DNA from: a bacterium
GTDB lineage: Bacteria > RBG-13-61-14 > DATKZS01
Assembly: GCA_963674965.2 (NCBI GenBank)
Contig: CAXXFL010000006.1
Coordinates: forward strand, 288,001-352,000
DNA length: 64,000 nt
Direction of reading: 5' to 3'
Positions 28,522-39,389 of this stretch are shown piece by piece. How positions within the stretch are numbered: position 1 is the stretch's first letter; each line of letters starts with the position of its first letter. A program made the translations under genes and the position numbers. The notes beneath the pieces are model-generated. The model was not told the DNA's origin. It did no database searches and saw nothing but the letters and a program-made list of their open reading frames with translations.

Positions 28522-31272
28522 ATTAAGAGCTAGACTAATTGCAGCTTCCTCTGGAAATGGAAGTCGTTCTGCCATCTTGTCTGTCGTACGAACATCGGTA
28601 CGATACTTTTCGCCCATTACCACCTTGAACCATCTCTCACGGTCTATAACGACTCTATACATTTTTTCGTCTTGGGTCGCTGATATATAGGGCAGATAGA
28701 CCGTTATCGGCAGGCCACAACGCTCAACCTTGGCTCCGATTCGGTCTATTCTTCCTGTTCGTTGCTCCAGTGTAGAGGGATTCCAGCAGAGATCATGATG
28801 TATCACATGTCGGCAATTAAGGTGAAGGTCAACTCCTTCAGCCATGATCATTGAAGCCACGAGTATCTCTGGATAGAACGGTGTATTGAAGGTCAACATA
28901 AGCCGCTGCCGGATCGCATTCGAAGTTCCGCCATTGGCCAGCCTTACCTGCCCACCGGTGGTTTGAATAGAGTCGAGCGCTTCCAGGTAACGGTTACGTT
29001 CATCGATTCCACACTGTTCAACCAGGAATTTGAAAAAATCCTCCAGCAACGATTCTAGGGTCATGCCCGATGCATCCGTACGTTTAAGGGCGACAAATGC
29101 CATTTCCTCAGTCATTCGTGATTCGCCAAGAGGGAAATATCTCGCCAGGAATGAGCGCGTGCGGGCATATCTGCGCACGACATCAAGAATGGATTCCCGG
29201 TGTCCACTCAGTTCCTGATATTCCGCGCGATCAAGTATCTGCGACACCGCCTTGTCGAGTCCTCTTCGAATGGGTGACTCTTTTTTGTTAAAAAGCTCTC
29301 CCACCCTCTCCAGTTCAACCCCTGCTTCTTCATGGCTTGCTCCCAGCTTAGTAGACGCCAAGTGAGTAATCTCCTGATGAATGGCTCGTGAGATACCCTT
29401 CTCAAGAATCGATCCGGTTGCTAGATAATGACAGAAAACCAAAACTTTTTCCCCGTTTTTCCATAGGTCAACGGTCTTGTTAATGGTCGCGTTCACTTTC
29501 GGATGGGCTTCAACAGCCTTCATCGAATCGGACCCGAGAATTTTATCAAGTTTTTCCAGGTACCATCCCGCATGTCCATCACTTGCCGAAGGTGTTACCG
29601 CTTCATCATCCTCATCGGTCGCCGATGACGGAGCGGAGGCGTTCGCCTTCTCTGCGCGCTGGGATCTAGTATCCAGAAATGCTGAATAGCTGGACGCTAA
29701 ACCTTCGGCGAAAACAGGCCTGGCATCCGGATTGAGAGCGGTCACCCTTGCCGCGAGTAGGAATGGGAGCAAGGCTTCGCCTTCAATATCAATTCCAAGT
29801 TCCTCCTCATTCTTCGCGGCCTCATCAATTATCGAACGTCCGGAATGTCTAATCCTCCTCGTCTTTTTTCCAAGCTTCCCAAAGTCGATTGTCTGGGGAC
29901 GAGTATGCCTGATGACGTACTTCATCAGGATTTCCTGGGCGTATTGCATCCTAGACCTAGTCTGGTTGAAGCGGTCAATAGCCACCTGTCCTTTTGCGGA
30001 AAGATGCCCTCCCATTAGCGCGACCTTCCACCATTCATCGATTTCATGAACGGAATAGATTTTCCCTTCCGCGACGAGATCATCCGCTTTTAATTGTCCC
30101 CAATGGGCGTCAAGTCTGACCGCCGATTCCTGAGCTGCATTCAGTCTACTTCTGATAGTTTCCAAATCCAGCTCGTATCCATCTCGACCAAATCGTGGGG
30201 CTCGCTGTCCTTTCCACGAAATACCCCTGAATCGCTCTAGGACGTTACACAATTCATAGTGGCCAAGTTGAAATGGAGTGGCCGTGAGAAAAAGCATCCG
30301 CTCGAAAACTTCCGCGAGCGGACCTTTTAATTCTTCCGCGTCTGCCTCCGCCTCCTTTGAATGGAACAGGGATGCCAATTGGGTTCTTGCATTTTTAAGA
30401 TGATGGGCTTCATCAAGAATCAACAGCGGCAGTTTAAAGCTAAGTGACCTGATGCAAGTATCCCATAAATTGGTGATTTCCTGATTTACTGCCTGTCTGG
30501 CTTCCTTGAGCCTTTCGGAGATATTTGGCCCTGTTCGCAACGGCATTTTGGCGTTTAAGGTATTGTAGAAGTCGGTTAGATCCATTTCTCCGAGAGCATT
30601 GACGATTGCTTCAGGTACTGGATCGTCTCCATCGTCAGGTTCAGAATCATACTGTCTGAGCAATTCCAGCCAATGATCGGGACTGGATTGAAGCAGGTCC
30701 CACCAAAGATCTTCACAATAGTGATAGTTAGATTTGAGTCGAAGGAGGTCAGGCAAATACCTGCACAGAGAACGTTTCAGCGCCCCTGTATCATGCCTGC
30801 GATACAAAGCTCTTTGAATCAACGCCAGTTTTACCCACCGGTCCTGCATTTTTTTTTGCGGACTCATTGCGCCATGAGTAATGAAGATCAGGGACACTCT
30901 ATCCGCCGGTTTATCGTCCAGGAGTTTTAGAAAATCAACAGCATTTTCAACGGATTTACAAGCCAGATTCAACTTCAGGCATTTTTCGGTGAAAAGTTTA
31001 AAATCTTTGGGCCACTTCTCACGTAGCGAAGGGGGGACCATGACTACCACCGGTCGTCGGTCTCGATCACCAAGAGCCACGGAACAGGCGACCGCAAGGG
31101 CAACGAAGGTCTTGCCCATTCCCACTTCATCGGCCAAAATCAGGCCGGGAAGCTCCTCAAGGCGTCCAAGAATGGCCCTGGCTGTCTCCGCCTGGCGGAT
31201 GGCATCTTTCTCGGAAATTCTGCCAGGCACATGCAAATTGATTGACTTATTGAACTCATAAGACCAGCTCAC
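28507..31272 (-). CDS. SNF2-like superfamily 2 helicase (Azaca ZacC-like)
   Basis: LADEVGMGKT, DEAHH, TATP, AEGVDL, WNPSTLEQRTGRIDR. Confidence 0.88.
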   Translation of the reverse strand: MSWSYEFNKSINLHVPGRISEKDAIRQAETARAILGRLEELPGLILADEVGMGKTFVALAVACSVALGDRDRRPVVVMVPPSLREKWPKDFKLFTEKCLKLNLACKSVENAVDFLKLLDDKPADRVSLIFITHGAMSPQKKMQDRWVKLALIQRALYRRHDTGALKRSLCRYLPDLLRLKSNYHYCEDLWWDLLQSSPDHWLELLRQYDSEPDDGDDPVPEAIVNALGEMDLTDFYNTLNAKMPLRTGPNISERLKEARQAVNQEITNLWDTCIRSLSFKLPLLILDEAHHLKNARTQLASLFHSKEAEADAEELKGPLAEVFERMLFLTATPFQLGHYELCNVLERFRGISWKGQRAPRFGRDGYELDLETIRSRLNAAQESAVRLDAHWGQLKADDLVAEGKIYSVHEIDEWWKVALMGGHLSAKGQVAIDRFNQTRSRMQYAQEILMKYVIRHTRPQTIDFGKLGKKTRRIRHSGRSIIDEAAKNEEELGIDIEGEALLPFLLAARVTALNPDARPVFAEGLASSYSAFLDTRSQRAEKANASAPSSATDEDDEAVTPSASDGHAGWYLEKLDKILGSDSMKAVEAHPKVNATINKTVDLWKNGEKVLVFCHYLATGSILEKGISRAIHQEITHLASTKLGASHEEAGVELERVGELFNKKESPIRRGLDKAVSQILDRAEYQELSGHRESILDVVRRYARTRSFLARYFPLGESRMTEEMAFVALKRTDASGMTLESLLEDFFKFLVEQCGIDERNRYLEALDSIQTTGGQVRLANGGTSNAIRQRLMLTFNTPFYPEILVASMIMAEGVDLHLNCRHVIHHDLCWNPSTLEQRTGRIDRIGAKVERCGLPITVYLPYISATQDEKMYRVVIDRERWFKVVMGEKYRTDVRTTDKMAERLPFPEEAAISLALNLNII

Positions 31273-33344
31273 GACATGGCCTCCTTGCGTGCTTCTTTAA
31301 TGTACCCCTTTAATGAGGGCGTAGCATGATCGGCGAAATGGGAGGCTTTTGCCAACAGATCGCCTACGATGGTTCTGATTTCAGTTTGGACGGTTTTAAC
31401 GGGCAGAAAACCCGGAACGGTGCGTGGAGTCGCCCTTGATATTTCGAGGGCGAGTTCTGTAAGCAGAAACGAACTTTCATCACCTCCACGAGATTCCTTT
31501 AAAATTGCATCGGCAACCGCCTGCACCCCTACCGGTCCCCTGAGCCTCCAGTCAAGAGCGTCCATCGACGAAACGGGGCGTTCTAACCTTTCTCGCAGTC
31601 CCCGCAAGGCTAAAGAAACCCGCCTGGTCTTTTGAAGAAGAAATCCCGAGGTCTGTATTCGTTTATGGGGATCAAAGGGGTCTACATAGCGTTCCTGGTC
31701 TTTGGAGCCATCCTCCCTAGTTTTTAACCATCGCTTCATCGTCTGGTATATGGGCCTAGCGCTGGTGAGAATATTTATCAGCACCTCCAAGGGAAGGTCC
31801 TTCAACTCCTCAGGGGGAGGTAGGCTGGCGGATTTGTCGACGTTGACCGGCCACCAAGCGCTCATAGCGGCTCCCTTCCAAGAAACTTCGAAGCCGGAGG
31901 GGGGACGATCATGAAGCCATTTGAAGGTCATGGTCTCCGGGTTGCCCAATTGATCCCAGGCTATGCTGTCCAGCAAAATATCGTTTTCTCCCAGAGTAGT
32001 TCTCACAGTCCAGTCCTGGGGAGGAGTTCCGGAAATCATCAAATCTACCATCGGACCTTCTACATCCAGGCGGTAAACGGCTTGTCTGAAAGCATCCGGC
32101 AACTTAGAGGCGTTCAGAGGTGCTTCGTCATCACTCTCTCGCTTGGATTGGAGCCATTTGACCTCTACATTGTCGTCAATTATATCTCCCACTATACAAC
32201 CGCTAAGGAGTTCCCTGGCCATTTTTCGGTTCACCTCGCGGTGCACTAGGTAAAACAAATTGGCCTCCACATTGGGCGTTTCCGACAAACCAGTTCCTGC
32301 CGACGTAAAATTGCTCGACCCGATCAAGGACCCCAACCACTCGTCGTTAATCATCCTCATATTTTTCAGGTGGAGCGGTCGGAATGAACCTTCCTTATCG
32401 TCGAATTGCTCATTAATTCTTCGAACCAAAGTCTGGGTTCCGCTACGAGACGATGGTTGAGCTTCAACAATTTCTCTTGGAGCATGGATAAGAATGGTAT
32501 CGTCCTCACCCTGAATGTCTTCAGCAGTTGTCATGTAGGTAACCGTGGCTGGCCCTCTTAATCTCAAGATAGACCATAACTTTTCAGCGGGCACATTGGG
32601 TTTTCCTGGCGGATCAAAAAATGGAGAGACAATCTCAGACTCTTCAATGGGATAACCAGGCCATAATTTCGATATTTGATCGAAAACGGATTCCCTCTCT
32701 GGGCCGGTCATTACCGGGAAAATGCGGAGATCATTTCCCCCTCTATATTCTCCCTGCCAGCCCCAGTCTTTGGCGGCCTTACGAACTCCGGCAATTAAAT
32801 CGATACAACGTCTTCCGGCTGGAGAATCGGTTTCCTTGGTATGACCCACAATCTCATTTAGGAATTTCAAGGTCTCCATCAGGCATACCAGGGGAGTCGA
32901 GCTTTCCGGGTAATAGTCCATAATTCCGAAAATTTCCTGGTTCTTTCTATATCCTCCCTTGGTGAGATTTGCTGAGGCAATGATTACTCTCACAAGATTT
33001 CTCCAATAAAGAAGCGAGATTTTTGCATGAAGGATGGCGCGGGGGACTCTTGCAGAAAGCATGTCCCATCTTAAGCTTCGATCACCTTTGCAGTTGGTTG
33101 AATCCACAAGGAGAGAAACTTGAACCCCGGCCAACTTTTCCTCGCGTTCAATAATATAGATAGGGCCGTCCTCCACCGAGTCACTTTGCAACTGCAGGTA
33201 ACGCCCGAGGCACTCTTCCTCGAAAAAAACCGGATCAAAAGTAAAGGTGGTCGCTATACAGCCGATTGGATCGCCCGCTTCCTCGGGAGGGGTCCAGGCA
33301 TCGAGTAATCTACCTGTCCTCAATTTGTCCTGTGTGTCACTCAT
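31269..33344 (-). CDS. Phospholipase D-fold nuclease-like protein with two HxK half-sites
   Basis: ATTFTFD, LHAKISLL...ASANLT, SPFFD, LHLKNM...GSSNFT; 4-nt overlap with the helicase gene. Confidence 0.8.
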   Translation of the reverse strand: MSDTQDKLRTGRLLDAWTPPEEAGDPIGCIATTFTFDPVFFEEECLGRYLQLQSDSVEDGPIYIIEREEKLAGVQVSLLVDSTNCKGDRSLRWDMLSARVPRAILHAKISLLYWRNLVRVIIASANLTKGGYRKNQEIFGIMDYYPESSTPLVCLMETLKFLNEIVGHTKETDSPAGRRCIDLIAGVRKAAKDWGWQGEYRGGNDLRIFPVMTGPERESVFDQISKLWPGYPIEESEIVSPFFDPPGKPNVPAEKLWSILRLRGPATVTYMTTAEDIQGEDDTILIHAPREIVEAQPSSRSGTQTLVRRINEQFDDKEGSFRPLHLKNMRMINDEWLGSLIGSSNFTSAGTGLSETPNVEANLFYLVHREVNRKMARELLSGCIVGDIIDDNVEVKWLQSKRESDDEAPLNASKLPDAFRQAVYRLDVEGPMVDLMISGTPPQDWTVRTTLGENDILLDSIAWDQLGNPETMTFKWLHDRPPSGFEVSWKGAAMSAWWPVNVDKSASLPPPEELKDLPLEVLINILTSARPIYQTMKRWLKTREDGSKDQERYVDPFDPHKRIQTSGFLLQKTRRVSLALRGLRERLERPVSSMDALDWRLRGPVGVQAVADAILKESRGGDESSFLLTELALEISRATPRTVPGFLPVKTVQTEIRTIVGDLLAKASHFADHATPSLKGYIKEARKEAMS

Positions 33345-34663
33345 CAGCGATCCTCCAGCATCTTTAAATCAGATAAGAACGACAATAGGGACCAAGTACG
33401 GTAGGTGTGAACATATTCTTCGGTACGTTGTCCCGGTTCGTCTCTTTTATAACCAGCCCGCACCACACAACTTCCATCATCCATCCTTTCAAACCAAGGA
33501 TTCTTTCCATTAGGCGGCTTATTTTTTTGGTTGCTAATATGATGCTCAAGTAGATGTTCGACGAAATTCGTTGAGTCCGTCCTTTCCGAGACCTTTGCAA
33601 AGGTATTGACAAAGCGCACGGTCTCGTTGAAAGGCTCAAGCCGATCAGAGACCTCACCGAAAAGATCCGGGACCTTTCCGTGGGCCAGGACACAAGCCGG
33701 CTCTCTGGCTAATTCCGAAGGTTTTACCGGACCTCTTTTCACACTCATCAAATACAGACAGTCTTCGAAGGCGTCCTGCAGAACCCGACAGAAGATTTCG
33801 TAGGAAAAGATTGCATCCAATAAATCACCTGTATCTTTGTCGACTTCAAGTCGCAGGGCCTTATGAAAATCGCGTTCAGATTGCGTTGCTAAGAAAATGT
33901 CCTGTCCGGTTTTGGTTGACAAATAGCGCAGAAGTTGAGACCTGGGTGAGTTATTATCTGCAAACAGGACTTTTGCAATCAGGCCGGCTTCAAGCGGCGG
34001 GATCAGGTTGGGGAAAAGATGTTCACCGAAGAATTCCCACTCTTGCCAACTCGGACTTCTACCGACTGCTCCTTTTTTAAGGCCGTCTTGAATAGCGGCC
34101 TGGATGTTGGTGCGGTGGGATAAGCCAGGGCCTTCTCCACTGACAAAGCCTCTTAAGCCCTGTTCTTGCTCCCATACAGAAATGAGCTCATATCCTGAAT
34201 CGCCCAACATCCCTTCGTCCGTGATATCAAGTCCAGAAGATAACACTTTATAAACCCCATGAAGTCCAAATACCGAAGCTGTTTTTAGGTACCTCGATGA
34301 TGAAATGGGGACCCCGTCTCTTATTGCGTCCCGCGCTTTTTGAATTCCGGGAAGTCCTTGCAAACCTGAGTCCTGGTCTCGGCTTCGGACCAGGCCTTCA
34401 ACTACATGCCATTCATAAACGATCGTAGGGTCGCTTTCTCCATCCGCAGCCAGAACATCCTCACCTAGGTAATCCTTGGTCAGATAAGACCCTACCGCCA
34501 TTGCGGTTAAATACCGAGGATGGGACATTCTCTCTCTAACATCCGGTACTAATTTTCTCGCCAAGGAATCGCCAATAGCATACATTCCCAACGGGTCCAA
34601 GGCTCCTTCGGCGGAAGTCTCTGGATCATAAGCAGACAGAGTTGGCAACGCTTTTTCGAACAT
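33344..34663 (-). CDS. DUF6361-like hypothetical protein
   Basis: N-terminal LDPLG...LVPDV...RY and GVYK motifs; translationally coupled to the PLD gene; start chosen at ATG after TGGAG. Confidence 0.6.
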   Translation of the reverse strand: MFEKALPTLSAYDPETSAEGALDPLGMYAIGDSLARKLVPDVRERMSHPRYLTAMAVGSYLTKDYLGEDVLAADGESDPTIVYEWHVVEGLVRSRDQDSGLQGLPGIQKARDAIRDGVPISSSRYLKTASVFGLHGVYKVLSSGLDITDEGMLGDSGYELISVWEQEQGLRGFVSGEGPGLSHRTNIQAAIQDGLKKGAVGRSPSWQEWEFFGEHLFPNLIPPLEAGLIAKVLFADNNSPRSQLLRYLSTKTGQDIFLATQSERDFHKALRLEVDKDTGDLLDAIFSYEIFCRVLQDAFEDCLYLMSVKRGPVKPSELAREPACVLAHGKVPDLFGEVSDRLEPFNETVRFVNTFAKVSERTDSTNFVEHLLEHHISNQKNKPPNGKNPWFERMDDGSCVVRAGYKRDEPGQRTEEYVHTYRTWSLLSFLSDLKMLEDR

Positions 34664-34681
34664 GATAAAACTCCATTTCAA

Positions 34682-37600
34682 TCAGAGAGAGATAGTATTC
34701 ACCTTGAGCCCTTTAGCAAGATCAAGTAGGTGCCTATGATGTGTAAAAAATAGCACCTGGGTCATAGAGGCTAATTCGGAAAGTATCGAGAGTGCGGCCC
34801 GAGCTCGGTCATCATCGAATTGGATGAGGATGTCGTCGAAAAAGAGGGGTAAAGAAACGCCTTTGGAGACGTATTGCTCGATTGCGGCGAGGCGGAGGGC
34901 TAAAAAGAGTTGGTCGGCTGTACCGTCACTCATCGCGGCAACGCCAAGCTCGCTCTGGGCCGGGGTGTACCCCACAATGATCGGAGTATCCCTGTCAAAA
35001 GCGACCCTAAGCCCTTCATACCGGTCAAGAGTGAGGCGACGGAAATGTTCGCCCGTGCGAGCAAGGAGCGGGTCTTGGTTTTCTTTTCGGAATGCTTCCA
35101 TTTTACGAGCAAGCAGCATGGCGGCCAGCCGCGTTCGGAGGTAAATATCTGTCTGATCTCGCATCTCGGCCAATTTGGATTCTGCTCGTTCCTGCGCTTC
35201 GACTGCTGGTGAGGCATCGGATAGTTGTCTGAGTTCTCCCTCTCGCCTTTCCTCTTCGCGGACCAACTCTTCCCGGGCCTTTTCCTTGGTATCTTTGAGA
35301 CGTTGCAATTCCTCTATCTCTCCACCGAGACGATCCGGGTCCTGTTGCTCCAATTCAGATAACATCACGTCGAGTGTCATCTTGCCCAAAAGAGCGCTTC
35401 GTCGCAGCTCGTCCTCAAGCTCAGACGTCCGTTTCATCGCTGCTGATTTATCATCCGACCTCTTCTCAATTTCTTCCAATTCATCCACACTCTCAGCCCC
35501 AGCCTCTAACACCATCTCTCTCAACCGCCCTTCGAGGGCGCTTATTTCCTCTTCCGCAGCTTTGATACACTGGACTTCATCTAGTAATTGTCTCTCAATC
35601 TCCAGAAGCGCTTCCGCTTCCGCCCGGGATTGGATAAAGCTGCGGTTGAGCACCTCTATTCCGCTGGCGGGATTATCTAGACTAGCTTGTGCGTCTAGTC
35701 GATTGATCAGTTCTCTGGCATCGGTCTCGAAACGTACGATCTCGGTCTTCATGCCGTTGATCCGGCCCCGCGTGATTTGGGCCTTGTCCAGTATTATAAA
35801 CAACTCGTCATGGACATCGAGGATGCGGAGTGCTGCGGCTGGAGTTGAGTCACGCTGCATCCCAAGAGCCTTCACTCGCTGATGCCACCGATCCCTCTCC
35901 TGCTCGTGCTGCTGATGCCTTGCTGCCTGTTCAGCCTCTAACTGATCAATCTCTTCGGACAGTGAGTTTGCCCGATCCTCCAATTGCTTGCGATGGCTGA
36001 TTGCGTCAGTGATCGCCACACAGCGTTCCTCTGCAATTTGGCAAAGTTCAGAAAGGTTTGCTCCGCTAACCCGGTCATAATTTCCCGTGGCCGCAAGTTC
36101 TATTTCAAGCCTTGCCTGCACTTCTTTCCGCCGTGCTTCCCGGCGCTCCACGTCGCGTAATGTACGGTCCAATTCGTCTACAAGGGAACAAAGCTGATTC
36201 CGTCGTACAAGCCATGCCGACATCTCCGCGGGCGGTAGCGGCTCAATCAAGGAGGCGCTCCATAATTCCTTCCATTCCATGGTCAACGCGGCCTGACCCT
36301 GTTTCTCGCGTTCCACTTCCGAGCTAATCGTTTCCAGCTTCCGGCCGAGCGTTTCTTTGCGCACGGTTAGAACGGCTCGACGGTTGACTCGCTCGGCTTC
36401 CCGCCGGAGCCGATCTGCGATGTCATCCGCTTTCAAGGCCAGAGTCTCGAATCTATCCGCCAGCTCCACTCCTTTGCCAGCATCCAGCCCGCCGTGTTCA
36501 AGCGCATGTCGAATAAGCTTCCATTGCTCGTCCCTTTCTTCCCTCGCAACGGATAGTTCCTCCACGGAAGGAACCGCCTCAGAGAGCATCAGGGTTTTTA
36601 ACTCGGACTCTATACCTGCCAGTTCTTCCTTATGTTCCTGACACGCCAATTGTCCTTGTTCGACCTTTCTACTTGCCTGCTCCATAAGTTGCCTAAAACG
36701 GTCGATCGTTTCCGCCTCTGGCGCTGACGATGTCGCCAGTTGTTCGATGCTCCCACTTCTTGGACGAAGCCGGGCAAACTCCGATTCAGCTCGGAGACGC
36801 AGATCTTCTGCATGAGCAAGGCGATCATCGGTTTCAGATTGTTGTGAAAGAATTGACTGTGCTAAACGCAGGGCATCGGTCAGGCCCACCGGGTTGGCTG
36901 GCGATGGAGCATCTGCTAAGTTCCGCCTCGTCCGTTCAAGTTCCACTGTTTTCCGTTGCAGGTCTTTACTAGTAGATCGGCTTTCAGTGTCAAGACGTTC
37001 AAGCCGACCGCAGAGATCCTGGATTTCCTGCCGGACTGCGGCATGTAAGCGGAGACCACTAGCATTATCAAGCTCAAGCGAAGAATCGAGCTGGGCCAGA
37101 AGCGACGCCGCTTTCTGTTCCTCGCCAGCCAACTCTTTTTCTCGCTTGAGCAGGTCTTCGCAGTTCTTGCGGTACTTGCCGACCTCCGAGTGGATACGGG
37201 TAATGTTTGCTTCTTCATGGAGCAGGCCTTCACTGACCTTGAGCCCCGAGCGCCGCGCGAGAAGCTCCTCACGCTTGGTCTGGTACGAGAACAAGTCCTT
37301 TCTCACCTGCTCCAACCGTTCTGATATTTGCTCATGCCTACGGCTGAAATCATTGGAGAGCAGCGGGGAGTCTTTAAGCCGTTCGAGTTTGTTCCTTTCG
37401 ACTTGAAGATCAATGTACCAATTGATCGCATCGCGGTAGCGGGTAAGTTGATTGATTTGCCTATCCAGTTCCTGAACTTCAGATCGGGTCTGTGCGCTCT
37501 GCGTCCGTATGGCTTCCAACTCCCGGTTGGCTTTTTGCCACTTTGCCGCTGAAAGCGTACCCTCTTTGATTTCCTTCTGGGCTGCAGTATAGTCCCTGGC

Positions 37601-38149
37601 AAGACGATTGATAATTGTGGACGATGCGGTTGGGCGGAAGAGTTCGTTTGCACGACTTTCCAGCATCCCGAGCCGTTCGCGGATCTGCGTCATGCCGGTA
37701 CCGGCAGCAAAAAGACTGTGGTCCAACAATCCACCATGACAAAGGATTTCCCTACCTCCCTCTGTCAACCGCTCGTGGTCGAGTCCGAATAGCAACTGAA
37801 AAAGCCCAGGTTCTATACCTCCCAGCATGTCGCCTAATGCTTCCTCGGGCACTGGCTTGCCATCCTCGGTCAGTAACGTGTTCTTAGTACCCTTTCGGCG
37901 GTAAAACCAGATTTCCCTACCGCTGTCCGTCACTAGACATGCTCCTACTCGAAGGTCCTTTTTGGGATGGATAAAATCATCGGAAGAACGTGATTCGATC
38001 CCAAAGAGAAAAGATTCCAGCGCCCGCAAAGCTACACTTTTCCCCGCCTCGTTCGGCCCATAAATTAGGTTGACCTTGTTTCCAACCAAGTCGATGCTCC
38101 GGTCGGTGAAACACCCGAAGGCTTTAAGATGTAGCCGAGCGATCTTCAT
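34682..38149 (-). CDS. SMC/Rad50-like ATPase, YhaN (AAA_27) family
   Basis: GPNEAGKS, long coiled coil, MSDGT signature, FFDD, FTHH. Confidence 0.9.
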   Translation of the reverse strand: MKIARLHLKAFGCFTDRSIDLVGNKVNLIYGPNEAGKSVALRALESFLFGIESRSSDDFIHPKKDLRVGACLVTDSGREIWFYRRKGTKNTLLTEDGKPVPEEALGDMLGGIEPGLFQLLFGLDHERLTEGGREILCHGGLLDHSLFAAGTGMTQIRERLGMLESRANELFRPTASSTIINRLARDYTAAQKEIKEGTLSAAKWQKANRELEAIRTQSAQTRSEVQELDRQINQLTRYRDAINWYIDLQVERNKLERLKDSPLLSNDFSRRHEQISERLEQVRKDLFSYQTKREELLARRSGLKVSEGLLHEEANITRIHSEVGKYRKNCEDLLKREKELAGEEQKAASLLAQLDSSLELDNASGLRLHAAVRQEIQDLCGRLERLDTESRSTSKDLQRKTVELERTRRNLADAPSPANPVGLTDALRLAQSILSQQSETDDRLAHAEDLRLRAESEFARLRPRSGSIEQLATSSAPEAETIDRFRQLMEQASRKVEQGQLACQEHKEELAGIESELKTLMLSEAVPSVEELSVAREERDEQWKLIRHALEHGGLDAGKGVELADRFETLALKADDIADRLRREAERVNRRAVLTVRKETLGRKLETISSEVEREKQGQAALTMEWKELWSASLIEPLPPAEMSAWLVRRNQLCSLVDELDRTLRDVERREARRKEVQARLEIELAATGNYDRVSGANLSELCQIAEERCVAITDAISHRKQLEDRANSLSEEIDQLEAEQAARHQQHEQERDRWHQRVKALGMQRDSTPAAALRILDVHDELFIILDKAQITRGRINGMKTEIVRFETDARELINRLDAQASLDNPASGIEVLNRSFIQSRAEAEALLEIERQLLDEVQCIKAAEEEISALEGRLREMVLEAGAESVDELEEIEKRSDDKSAAMKRTSELEDELRRSALLGKMTLDVMLSELEQQDPDRLGGEIEELQRLKDTKEKAREELVREEERREGELRQLSDASPAVEAQERAESKLAEMRDQTDIYLRTRLAAMLLARKMEAFRKENQDPLLARTGEHFRRLTLDRYEGLRVAFDRDTPIIVGYTPAQSELGVAAMSDGTADQLFLALRLAAIEQYVSKGVSLPLFFDDILIQFDDDRARAALSILSELASMTQVLFFTHHRHLLDLAKGLKVNTISL

Positions 38150-38151
38150 GA

Positions 38152-39351
38152 TTAGCTTTCCTTACCCGCAATCATGGCGGCTGCGTCGGTGAATATTTTT
38201 TCAACTTCCTGGGTGGATTCGGGGTCAAAGTCCGTGGTGAAGAGGTCTGGCGCTTTTTCGCGTAACGGCTTTATGACATTTTCCTTCCACTCGGGGAGCA
38301 AGGCGTCGAGGTCGGCCTTTTCGACCGTGATAGTCCCCGAGGTTTCCAGACCATCCGGCGTAGTAGAGAAGATGATTTTTTCCAGCCAAAGCTGGTCAAG
38401 CCCCACATCGGTAGCTCGGCCGCGGAATTCATTGCGCCAGTACTCCCGGTTCGCGGTCATTTCAACATGGGCTGGCGTCGCACCCGATATTACCAGTCGA
38501 AGCGCCAATGGCCGATCATCGGTTTCGGCAAGTTCACTCTTCATTAGGGCTTCGGCACGCTCCACAACATCACGGGCATCGCCCGCGCCACTCGCATCAA
38601 CCTCGGCCACGGACCATCGCATTACATCCAGTTCCCGCCACTCGGCCGTGAGTTCAGTTTCGTCGCCGCTGACAATCAGGCAGCCCTTAGGACCGGTCTC
38701 CCGGATGTGTCGTCCCTGGATGCATCCTGGATAGGCGATAAGAGGATCGTGCGACAACTCTTCGCGGGTATGCACATGGCCTAGCGCCCAGTAGTCATAG
38801 CCTCTACGTACTAGGGATTCGACCGAGCAGGGAGCATAAGTGTTATGCGCGGAGTTGCCACTGGCGCTGGTGTGCAACAACCCGATGTTGATGAAGCCTG
38901 GCAATGGTGCGGGGTAACTCCGGACGAAGTCGGCATCGGTTTCGCGGCTGGCGAAGCTCCGTCCATGAACAGCCACCCTCAGATCGTTAAATTTTTTTGT
39001 GCTGGCCTGGCCTGACTCAAAGACATGAACATTATTGGGTAAAGACAAGCTACGGGTGATAATGCTGTCAGCGTCATGGTTTCCTTTTACGATGCAGACC
39101 GGGAGGCCGCCAAGACGCGATAGTTGCTTGTTCAGATAGAGGATGGTGTTGTAATCGCGCAAGGCACCGTCGTAGAGATCGCCTGCTATAAGCAGTAAAT
39201 CAACCTTTTCGGCATGGGCTAGATCAACCATATTCTCCAAGGCTCGTCGAGTTGCGCGTCGAACTTGGTCAACTGGTGCCCCTTCATATCTCTCTAGCCC
39301 CAAAAGGGGACTGTCGAGGTGGATATCGGCTGCATGAATGAACTTGATCAT
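38152..39351 (-). CDS. Mre11/SbcD-like metallophosphoesterase nuclease, YhaO family
   Basis: ADIHLD, GDLYD, GNHD, LHTS, LGHVH. Confidence 0.92.
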   Translation of the reverse strand: MIKFIHAADIHLDSPLLGLERYEGAPVDQVRRATRRALENMVDLAHAEKVDLLLIAGDLYDGALRDYNTILYLNKQLSRLGGLPVCIVKGNHDADSIITRSLSLPNNVHVFESGQASTKKFNDLRVAVHGRSFASRETDADFVRSYPAPLPGFINIGLLHTSASGNSAHNTYAPCSVESLVRRGYDYWALGHVHTREELSHDPLIAYPGCIQGRHIRETGPKGCLIVSGDETELTAEWRELDVMRWSVAEVDASGAGDARDVVERAEALMKSELAETDDRPLALRLVISGATPAHVEMTANREYWRNEFRGRATDVGLDQLWLEKIIFSTTPDGLETSGTITVEKADLDALLPEWKENVIKPLREKAPDLFTTDFDPESTQEVEKIFTDAAAMIAGKES

Positions 39352-39389
39352 CGTTTCCCCTCGTTTTTGATGTTGAACTTCATCAGCTA